Origin: Takakia lepidozioides
Taxonomy: Eukaryota > Plantae > Bryophyta
Direction: 5' to 3'
Assembly (NCBI GenBank): GCA_030704615.1
Contig: CM060733.1
Coordinates: forward strand, 17,608,001-17,672,000
Length of the DNA stretch: 64,000 nt
Shown in pieces: positions 35,801 to 46,000 of the stretch. Under the pieces are notes generated by a model. It saw only the letters and a program-made list of their open reading frames with translations. It had not been told where the DNA came from and ran no database searches. A program made the translations under genes and the position numbers. Numbering within the stretch: the first letter of the stretch is position 1; the number at the start of each line of letters is the position of its first letter.

Positions 35801-38800
35801 TCCCTGGTCTCCTGTCCACAGACAAACACAAGCGTTGGGAGCTCCCTTGGGCAAGCCTTCCTCTCACAAATATCTTTGATCTACTTGGACATGCTTAATG
35901 TGTATAGGTATTTCTCTCCACTCTATTGTTGTACGGGAGTTTGTGATTCATCTGCATCTTTTCATACTTGTCTGCATGTAGTTCTATGAAGATGATATTT
36001 GGATGGATGGGCATGGTGCTGGTGTGCAGAATGTACAGCGAGCTTATATCAAGTACCATAGCGGGAGGAGGTCCTTTTGCATCTCGGACATCCTATGTGA
36101 AGCTTCTGAGGTAATACTCAAGAGACGGATTGGCACCAAGTTGTTCAACTCACCTATCACCAGCTGGGCCTGTTTATTTATCCTACGCGCCTCTCACTGT
36201 AATAAGTTCTTCATTTTGCAGCATTTTGCATTTGTAATGATTTAGGCTTCATTTTAGACTACATTTGTCCTTAAACAATGACTGTCGAATACTGTAGATT
36301 GATGTTTTTGTCACAAGTACGTATTACAGCCTGGCTTGAAGTACGGGTCATCTGCATTCTGCAGTAACATAATTTTTGGGGTACGCGAAGCACATACTTT
36401 CATATTACGAGGAACATAGTCTCAAGAGGCAGGAATGAGTAACAGTTGTTGCATGGACTTGTGACTTCAATTTCCCAGGCTCAAAATCACAGGTATTGAG
36501 TTTGTTTTGCATTCAAAGTGTAATGGGGTTCTGTAAATGGCAGGTCAGTGAAACGAGAGACACTGAAGTTGATAGAAACATTTGTGGATAAAGCGGAGGA
36601 CTCGGAGCTGATAGCCAAGCAGTTTGTGCCAGCCATGATGGATCCCATCTTGGGAGACTATGCCCGCAATGTCTCTGATGCACGAGAGTCTGAAGTCTTG
36701 TCATTATTCGCCACCATCATCAATAAGTGCGTCTCTTACTTTTTCTCTCTCTGAAACACAATTGCACCACATTCCCCGCTTTTCTGAGTAAGGAAGAGAG
36801 TGTGCTTTGCAAAAGACGTGAACTTTTAAGGTGGACTTTCTAACCAGTATTCTGTTATCCTCCTTCCTGTCGTATAAGTCCTTTCAAGAGCCCTTTGGGG
36901 AGTGTATGATAATTGATGTCTGGATATCTTTGCAGGTTGAAGGGAGCTATGATTGAGGATGTACCCCGAATCTTTGAAGCGGTGTTTGCCTGTACGTTAG
37001 AGGTAAGTGGACAGGAGATCTTCTCAAGATTCTGCCTGAATCCATTTAAGAGGACGCAGGCATATTCTGACTATCATGCTGCTTGTCCCGTTTGCAGATG
37101 ATCACGAAAAACTTTGAGGACTATCCAGAGCATCGACTGAAGTTCTTCTCATTGTTACGGGCTATTGCAAGCCACTGTTTCCGTGCCCTTTTCACTTTGT
37201 CAAGTCAAGTAAATATTCAATTCACCAACACCATTTTGCAACTAGTCAACTATGCTTCTTTTTTGCTTCTTATGTCTATTTATTGCTCATTTATGGCATG
37301 TTCATTGAGTTTTCTGTTAGCATCATTGCCAATCTCACTAGCGTCGTTTTCTTGTTTCTGAATTTGAAAGATCTTTTCTTTCCATTTTGTCCCATAAGCT
37401 CTATGAGCTTTCCGCGGCCGTTATAAAGTACCATTTCATTTCATTTCGTTTCCTGGTTATCTTTGCCCTGCAGCTTGGTTAGAAAATTGAACCACGCAGG
37501 TGATGTCACCAGGTTTGTGAAGAAGTTTAAAGAGTTCAATTTCGAATACAAGACCTGCATGTTTATTCAATTGTGTGATGGATTTTGTTTGTGGTAGCAA
37601 CTCAAGCTGGTAATGGATTCCATCATCTGGGCATTCCGCCATACAGAACGCAATGTCGCCGAGACTGGCCTCAACTTGCTCCTTGAGATGCTCACAAACT
37701 TTCAGGTGTTCTTCAGTACTCCTTTGCATGCATGTCCTTGGTCTTCTCTATCTCTTAGTTAGATTTCACGATATAGCTTGTATATCAAAATATGCATGGT
37801 AGGAGATAGGTTATTTTCTGTGTCTGTTACATCAAATGGACAGCATGTTCATCGCAGTATGCATCTAGGCCAAGTTATTGTCCAGGAAAGAGGCAGATGA
37901 AGATGTAGTAACAAAGTTGGGATCTCTAACAGAGAGAAGAGAAAGATTAGAAGAATAAGCAGAAAGTTCTCAATGAGACGACCTATGAGTCACAGACCTT
38001 TGAGGCAGCAACATGGATGAAAGGGTCTTCATGCACTTAAAATGACGGTGTGTTTGCTGGGGCAGGCATCGGAGTTCTGCAATCAGTTTCATCAGACCTA
38101 CTTTTTGACAATCGAGCAAGAAATATTTGCTGTTCTGACAGACACTTTCCACAAGCCAGGGTTTAAGTTGCATGTTCTCATCTTGCAACACCTCTTTTGC
38201 CTTGTACGGTGACCGACTCTTCACTGCAAATATTGATTTGTCAAACCTAGCTGAAAGCTGGTTTTTAATCTTAAGACAGGGCTTGGTTTATTATGCTCTT
38301 GAAAATATAGGTGGCAGATGAAGGGTTTTTGTAACTATGAAACCTTAGCCATGTTCATAGCAATGGTCGGCACGTTGGGCATGTATGTGTGGCTGTCTAT
38401 GTGAATGTTTTGGTCTTGCTTGACAGAGTGTTAATATGCAGTGTTTTGTTCCTAAAGCTGTTCCACTTGCCATGGGTGATTGACTGTATATGTGCATGTG
38501 TCTTCTGCTTGCTGGATTGGTAAGATCGAGTGATTGCTGTGATTAGGTGGACTCTGGAGCACTAACACAGCCTTTGTGGGACGTAAACACTGTGGATGCA
38601 ACCGGTTATCCAAGCAACATGGTGTTTGTACGTGACTATACAATCAAGCTACTGGGAACTTCTTTCCCCAATATGACTCTTGTTGAGGTATGCACAGTGG
38701 CTCTTGTAGACTTCCTCATTTTCTTGCTCAGTCATTTGGGTGCTAGTGACATTTGTCTCAGATTGTGGATTCTACATTAGGGTGTGGATTCAGCACCAGT

Positions 38801-39824
38801 GTTATTTTTTCACTTTTCCAAAATCGCCACAAAGGCTACATGTAAATTCTACCCAGTGCTGGCGAGAATAACGAGGTGGCAGGCTTAGAAAAGTGGGCTA
38901 TATAACAGGTGTCGCATTTTAACATGTCCACGTAGGAAAATTCTGGCTCCTGATATTTGACCATTGGCGAATTTTTTAATTTTTAGTCCCATAATTCCTT
39001 TATAAAAGTAGCCGACCCATTTTCCAGGTCGAAATCTGGCGATTTTTCGCCAGATTTAAAAGCACTGTTCAGCACGATTAAGTATTTCAAGATTCTAAAC
39101 AAAGCCGAGTCTTCCAAAGCGGTTTTGAGTTCTTAGTGATTAAATCAATTTTTTGGAGATTTTGTAGCGCATTCCACCTAGCTAGAGCTAACCTGCCAAG
39201 AGCTGCAGGGGCTCTTGAGGGGGTGTGGAAAATACTCAAATACTAGAAAGAATGTCCACATCATAAAAGGAGACTGCCTTAACAGGTCAGGTCAAGCAGG
39301 CAGTAAGACATTCTAGTGGTTGCAGCCAATTGCAAAATGTAAACCTGCCTATGGGAATGCTTATTGCCTACTCTTTATGTGAACACTTTCCTGATGGGTG
39401 GCAGGTGACGACATTTGTGAATGGGCTCTTTGAGACCCGCAATGATTTGGGTGCCTTCAAGAATCAACTGCGGGATTTTTTGATTCAGTCAAAGGAATTT
39501 TCTGCCCAGGTTTGCTTTGCTCCTTAGTTTTTGTGGCCAGGTAACAATTGGTGTGATGCAATCAGTGTTGGGTTCCAAACCAGTCAATGGTTTGAGGGGT
39601 TGTCTCAGTGATTTGAGATGACTGTTGATTAGGCTTTGAAGTGTGTAGCATGGATAGTATCTGGAGGAGAGTGAGATCTGAACAGTGCTCCGTTTTTGCA
39701 GGACAACAAGGATTTGTATGCTGAAGAAGCTGCTGCACAAAGAGAAGCAGAGAGGAGGCGCATGCTCAGTATTCCAGGGCTGATAGCCCCAAGTGAACTT
39801 CAGGACGAGATGATTGACACCTAA
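20886..39824 (+). CDS. XPO1: Exportin-1 / CRM1, complete, about 32 exons
   Basis: Starts [26 protein letters not shown] and ends [18 protein letters not shown]. Exons include 20886-20981, 23348-23464, 24159-24251, 24531-24602, 25006-25113, 25311-25393, 25917-26055, 26298-26366, 26573-26650, 30590-30652, 30806-30850, ..., 37098-37208, ..., 39702-39824. Hallmarks [57 protein letters not shown] and [20 protein letters not shown]. Confidence 0.98.
22511..23250 (-). mobile_element. Family-B LINE, longest 5'-truncated copy (XPO1 intron 1)
   Basis: (GAAAT)n tail and conserved end motif. The minus strand encodes a degenerate C-terminal LINE zinc-finger region ([48 protein letters not shown]). The far boundary is approximate. 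Confidence 0.8.
23770..23981 (+). mobile_element. Family-B LINE 3'-UTR fragment (XPO1 intron 2)
   Basis: Pyrimidine-rich run, then TTTTGTCCCATAAGCTCTTTGAGCTTTCTGCGGACGTTATAAAGTTC(CATTT)4. Confidence 0.8.
24613..24677. repeat. Perfect 29-bp tandem duplication in an XPO1 intron
   Basis: TCACTCATGTGTCGATCTCAGTGCAATAT occurs twice, followed by TCACTC. Confidence 0.85.
26994..30411 (-). mobile_element. Family-A non-LTR retrotransposon (APE-RT-CCHC, RTEX-like), 5'-truncated and inactivated, in an XPO1 intron
   Basis: APE motifs [16 protein letters not shown] and SDH. RT motifs [36 protein letters not shown] and YTYLG. C-terminal CPLC..HFLIHC. In-frame TAA at 29686-29688 and a frameshift near 27945. 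11-bp TSD ACAGAGAGAGA at 26983-26993 and 30412-30422. The clade assignment is inference. Confidence 0.93.
32634..32925. mobile_element. Putative PIF/Harbinger-type MITE
   Basis: Imperfect 13-bp TIRs (AGGCCTGTTCACA / TGTGAACATGGCA) flanked by TCA on both sides. Confidence 0.4.
37375..37452 (+). mobile_element. Family-B LINE extreme 3' end
   Basis: TTTTGTCCCATAAGCTCTATGAGCTTTCCGCGGCCGTTATAAAGTAC(CATTT)3. Confidence 0.8.
38797..39067. mobile_element. hAT-type MITE in an XPO1 intron
   Basis: Perfect 8-bp TSD TTCAGCAC (38789-38796, 39068-39075) and CAGTG...CACTG termini. Subterminal palindrome AAATCTGGCGA...TCGCCAGATTT. Confidence 0.85.
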
Positions 39825-40830
39825 GACTAACGTAGTTTGTCCACCTGTAGCGACAGGTGGAAAGATGCTAGGTGGTAGGTGCTTGGCATGTATGATCTCA
39901 GGCCTTGACTAATGCATGTTGAAACAATGAGGGGAGGTGGAACCTGGCCAGGCTGGAATGACTACAGGCTAGCAGACTATGCACACCACCTAGCTCGTAG
40001 GCTTCCATTTTTGGGTGGGATGGAGAATTGGCACTCTGGCTCCAGCAGTGAAGAGAATGACCAGGAGCCGTCCATAACTACTTGTGATACCTCTGGGAAA
40101 CAAGAGAGGTAGGGAGGGGCATTGGTGCAGGTTCAGACTTGGATGTCTGGTAAATTTTCCTGCCTGGAGAGCTTCTCACACCATATCTCGTCTGTCCTCA
40201 GTGGTTGAAGTAGGTCAGGCCCCATACAGTCCCAGGTTGCCAAACTGCAGACAGTTTAAGACACGGCTGGTTGTATGCTATGTCTCAGAGCAATGCAGTC
40301 ACTTTTTGGCGCACATCTTAACAGCATTAGCAATCCTTGTTTGAACGTGGGGAGTTCGTGTTTGAGCCCAAGTGTGTGGGTAGTCTGCTTTCTTGCTTCC
40401 CTCACCTAGGATACATTGATAGGCAGTTCTATGCAACTTTCTTGTACAAGGTGTGAGACGGATGCAGAATTGACTCCCAGATTAGCTTACCATGTGATAG
40501 TGGGAAAGGCAAGATCCTTGGGAGCATGATGCACCAGAAGTTAGTCAGCTGGTTGGAATATAGGAGAAAAGTTGTTCACCTCAGGAGAGCTTTTACAATG
40601 GCTACCAGTGCTCAGACACCCATGAAGGGTTCAGAGCAGTTCACTTTTGTATCAATTCGTTTTTCGTGTTAGTCGCTTTTTGATAAAGTTTAAAGTTTCT
40701 TAAGTCTATGATTTACAGAGCCTGCTGCTCAATGCACCATGTTGAGGGCCAATAGATGGCTCAAGGCACATGTTGAAGGATTGAACTTAGGACAGGTGCA
40801 CCTAGCAAATACAACATATCCTTAGTGTAA

Positions 40831-41009
40831 CATATAAAATGTATGACGCCTCCCGAAGGAAGCGCAAATTATGGTGTCTCTTCAACCCCAAGGGCTACTG
40901 CCTTCTGGCAGGAAGGTGGCCTCCTTTGTGACACCGATTGCTGAAGTGAACCCGCAACCACTTTTGAGGTGGTATGTGCCCATTACCACTGGGCTACAAC
41001 TTGGTTGTC
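40831..41009 (-). mobile_element. tRNA-derived SINE, family 2, copy a
   Basis: The minus strand reads CAACCAAGTTGTAGCCCAGTGGTAATGGGCACATACCACC...GCGGGTTCAC (A/B-box-like). 12-bp TSD TCCTTAGTGTAA at 40819-40830 and 41010-41021. A second copy lies at 58084-58268. Confidence 0.8.
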
Positions 41010-42365
41010 TCCTTAGTGTAATATGTACAAGTAAGCTTCTCACTTCCATAACAGTTTCAGAGGACACGATTAGCTAAGGCTTGAGTGTAATCAAACTATC
41101 TTGATCAACCCACGATGTTGTATTCTTGTCGACTTTGCTCTCAACAGTCTACTGTCTACAACCTCTTCTGTATAGGTGAAGGGCAGCTGATGAAGCCCTT
41201 CTGCCAATAAGAAAGAGTGTGTGAATGAGGATGGTAACCCCGGTTCACACCTTCGAAAACAGTGGATGGGTGGAGTTTACCGCCATTAAAACCGACCTGC
41301 CCCCTTCATCAGCCCCCAAAATCGTCATTTTTCAAATTCCGTAGGGCCCTAGGTGTCCTAGGCCTGGTGTGTCCACCTAATAGGATGATAACTTCTCATC
41401 TAAGAAGGTAACGATTTTAACAAGCCTCAAACGGCAATTGGCTCTCTTGCTTCACAACATAAGAGGAAGGTAAGACTAGGGAGCATGACTCAGCACAATG
41501 CACCAATCAGCGCCTTGACACGGTGTAAGGTCTTTTGACCACATTTTCTCCATTGACTTGCATGTCTCCGCAAAGTCTCTCTCTACAAGAGAGCCAACAA
41601 AGGACATTTCTAGGCTCTTTTTTCCGACGACTGCAACTTCTTTTTGTGGACTTGTGTTTGTATAATTAAAGCTAACATGGACAGGCAACACGGTGCAGGG
41701 ATGATGTTCATGTGGTCAATTTAACCTCTAGCAGTCGAGAGCAGCTTGCTCGCCGCATAGCCGCCTTCTGATTGGCCCTGAGGAGGCCGGCTATGACGCG
41801 GTAGCATAGCTCCGTAACATACGGAGCCCACCTACAGGCCTCCACCACCCTGACCACCTCCCATAGACCCCATCTGCTTAAGTATCCCGCGCGATGTCTA
41901 GACTACGCGCAATCGATATGGGACAATGCAGGAACCAATGTGATTATGATTTACGACCTACCTGCTGTTACTTATACCTACCTTCTAGGTGGTATTAGAA
42001 CACCTTGCAAGTAAATGGTCCACGGCAGCTATCATGCGGCCTCGTGTTGAAGCTACCGTTAATAGCGTGTTGAAGCTACCGGTATATACGGAGCCCCTAC
42101 TATTAAGAGTAGCAGGGCTCCTCGCAGCCATTATCTAGTCCATAGAGATTTGCCAACATCATGTCGCAAGATCAACTTTCCACCTTTTTCACCTTGTTTT
42201 CCATATCTTTATGGCTCCGGAGGCTTGTAAAGAGTAGACTAGTCTTCGGTATACGGTGTATAGTGCTGGGCGTATACAGGCACCTTTTCACCAAAGCAGA
42301 TTTGAATCCAGCTTCTTGAAATTAATCATTACACTTAGTTTCCTGCTTAGGATAGCTGTTGCTAA

Positions 42366-42819
42366 GGGCCAACTTCCATGTCTCGGCCAAATCAGCCAAG
42401 TTATCCAAAGTTGACCGACATCGGTGGAGCATGGCCGACAGGTGGGATGGATGGTTGCTTTTATGTGCATAGGGTTCAAGAGGATCCGCGCAGTAGGTCC
42501 GCCTCCTTGTCCAAGGTGCCCAGACCAATTGCCCATACCAATTGAGTCGGTCAAAGGGTGGGTCCCGCAAGCAAAGCCTAGGGCTGGCAAGCAATGTACA
42601 CAAAGGTGACCTTCACAGCAGGTAGAAGAGACATGGTAACCTAGTAGAGCAGGTCAAAAGCAATTGCCATGGACTCTGGCGCCAAATTCCCAGGTATTGC
42701 GCTCACCAATTTCGGTCACCGATGTCAGGACATCGGCGAAATTTAACGCATGGAAGCAGGGTGTCGTTTTTGTCATCTAGTGCCAACTTGGCCCATGGCC
42801 GAGACATGGAAGTTGGCCC
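42366..42819. mobile_element. Tourist-like (PIF/Harbinger) MITE inserted in the copia 5' LTR
   Basis: Perfect 24-bp TIR GGGCCAACTTCCATGTCTCGGCCA with a TAA TSD. The copia 3' LTR shows the empty site (GTTGCTAAGG). Confidence 0.95.
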
Positions 42820-43033
42820 TAAGGTGGAAAGGAGGCTATGCTTTCAATCGACTTGTTCTACGTCTAGCTTCAGAGTAGAGTCAAGTGTGGTGTGTGATTC
42901 TCTGGCCGTAGAGAAGAGCGAGTCCTTGCCTAAGGACGTTGTAAGGATCTTTGATCCAGTTATGCTTTAAGACATTGTTGCCGAAGTACTAGAAGTACCC
43001 TTATATGTGTATTAATTCCTTTTGCCAAGTGCG

Positions 43034-46000
43034 TGTCGCGCACCTCACTTCGGTAAGCTCCCCTTCAAGTCATAGTTACTCCCTTTGATGCGCGCGCCTG
43101 ACTCCCAACCTGGCCGCCGGGCCAACTTGGAGCTTCGGCTGTTCTCCGGGACATAACGGTCCCCCTTCGCTCTCCCACTAAACCCTCCACCTATTTGGGC
43201 CTAGTAGAATTCCCTTTGGTAGATGGTAGTCCGGAACAGCTCCCCACTCTTTGGTCGCTTTCCGGCTCGTTCGCTTACTCACTAGTTTTTGGTCACCAAC
43301 GGGCTTGCACCGTTCTCGGGGTCACTACTCCCCTTATATATACTTCTGTAGCTGTCCGCGGGGTTTCACAACCAGCCAATGCCATTTTATGGCGAACCAC
43401 CACGAAAACCCTCGACTCCCGGTGATGAGTCGCGGTGAGTCTTGGCCCACTCACCACGGCCCCTATGGACCGTGATGAGTCCCAAGACTCCCCACGACTC
43501 CCACCACGAGGTCTCCGCCCCCATGGTGAGTCCTATGCCACCCCCACTAAGTCCCGCTAAGCTACCACCACCCCTTGTGGAGCCACCCCCACCGCAACCC
43601 GGTGTGCGGGGCTCCACCTAGTGAGCGCCTCCGCCTCCTTGAGTGCCTTGGGCACTCAAGGGTGCTTCAGCCCCCCATACCTATCGCTGCCGCTGCCCCC
43701 ACCACAGGGGCAGTCCCTCATGTGTCCCGACCCCCCTGCTCTCAAGGCAAAAGGCCGCGACACACACCCCTACCAACAGGGAGTCGATGTTCTCATCGAC
43801 TTGTCCATTTTGTAGAAACGAACATCCAAGTTGTGGCGTCTCACATCAAGGAGTTTGTTTCCGTACCATGGCGTCCCATGGCAAAGAACCAAACCCCACA
43901 CTTGATTCTACTCTCCACTAGCTAGTTCGGCCGACTTCTTCCAAGTCCCGGCCAAGGGTGGAGCCTCTCAAGCTCCTCCCAGTGCACTCTTCTTGGCCTA
44001 CTTCAAGGCCAAGGAACGATCCTCCTCGAGGATCGAATCGCCTTACTGCAACAACATTGCTTGCGACCGCTCATGATGCCGCTTTTGGCATCACCTTGAG
44101 CAAGGGTTCCCTGGAACCCTCTTTGACTAGGAAGATAACCTTGAACGAATCGTGCGCCCCAATCACTACAATTGGGTCCGCCTTGGAATGCTGGCCTGAG
44201 GTACGGGAACACGCCGAAACCGCACTACGACTTCGTCCCGAGGCTACACCATTATAGTACGTGAACGGAAGCACGTAGCTTCCACGTTAGCCCGCACTAC
44301 AAGGCAACCCCCTCGGTAGCGCAGTTACAGTACGCGCACGCGCCAGGTGCGCACTAGCACGTGAACTCCCAAAGAAGGCGCAAGTTTCATTGCCCCTTGG
44401 ATGGGGGTCACCCGATTTCGGCATTACGCAAACACACGATTAACCCAATTTACCTCTCTCACTTTTATAAGCTAGCATGCATTCTACACACTAGCCAACC
44501 ATACCATGCATCACCATTTCAAACAAAATAGGACGCACAACATTTGGAAGCCATTTCATTTATAGCACGTTTTGTACAATACAAGTTTTTGCAATCGGAT
44601 TCCTAAGCTAGCTAAGCCGGGCTAAGCATGCATTTCCTCCCCCACGCTCCAAGGTTGATGTCCCCATCAACGCTTCTTCCGCTTTTGAGGTCGCCCTTCG
44701 AAAGCTGCAACCGCCTCGGATGCGTTTCCCATTTCTGAGGCACGCACCCAAGATGCCTCCACATGATGATAGCCCTTCCATTTGACGAGATACTCCGTTT
44801 CTCGGTTCCTGAACCTCCTCGACTTAAGTATTGCCTCCACCTCGTATTCAGGTTCATTTTCATGATCCAACAGCATAGGTGGCGGACGCAACACTTGATG
44901 CCGATTCGGACGCGCTTCATCTTTGAAGTAAGGCTTCAAAAGGGAGACATGGAATACTGGGTGCACCTTGCTGTTTGCCGGCAGCTCCAATTCATACACA
45001 TTCTCATTCATAACCTTCCGAATGCGAAAGGGTCCTGCATACGGAGGTACGAACTTCGGACTCACTTCCGGAGGTAGTCGGAAATTTTTGATGTTCAACC
45101 AGACCTCTGTGCCTGCCTCAAACTTCACTTCCCTCCGCTTCCGATTCGCCTGTCTTTTATACCGTTTCCTAGCTTTGGCAATGTTGTACTTTGCGAGCTT
45201 CAACAAACGCTCGCGTTCTTCCAGTACCGCTGCTACTGCCGGTTCCTCAACGTCCTGGGCGGCCCAACTTGTCGGCACCAGTGGTGCTTTTCCATAGACC
45301 AATACGAAAGGGGAAACTCCCGTTGCGGAGTGTTCTGTGTTATTATAACAGAACTCTACCGCGTCTAAGTATTCCACCCAGTCTGTTTGGTCTGCCGACA
45401 CGTAATTCCGCAAGATCTGCTTCACTACGAAATTCACTCTTTCTGTTTGGCCGTCGGTCGTAGGTCGGAAAGCGGTGCTCATCTTCAGCCTCGTCCCCAT
45501 CTTCTTCCGAAGTGCCCTCCAAAATTTACTCGTAAACTTTGGATCGCGGTCCGAGACAATATCCTTCGGGACTCCATGATGCTTTAAGACGTGGGCGAAG
45601 TAAAGTCGCCCTGTCTCCTGCGCCGTTGCCGTCTCCTTGGTGGGGATGAAATGGCCCATTTTACTGAACCTATCCACCACCACCATGATTGCATCGAATC
45701 ATTTTGACAGCGGCATAGCAGTCATGAAATCCATCGAGACGCTTTCCCAAGTCCCCTCTGGAATCGGCAAGGGTTGTAACAGCCCCGCTTGCTTTTTGTA
45801 CTCGCTCCGGTTTTGTTGGCATGTGGTGCATGTCTTGACATACTCCTCTGCCTCCTCCCTCAGTTTGGGCCAGAAATACTCTTTCTTCAAGAGTGCCGCA
45901 GTGCGCTTGGCTCCGCCGTGGCCCGCAAACGGGCTATCATGGCATTATCTCAAGAGGCTATCTCTGATCCTTCCCTTCGGCACGTAGAGACGCTTTTGCT

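Noticed and set aside
43420-43500. TGATGAG motifs in the gypsy LTR suggesting a hammerhead ribozyme or retrozyme
   Set aside because: They are preceded by G rather than C, and no stem II-GAAA follows. CTGATGA at about 41188 and 61632 also lacks the rest of the core.
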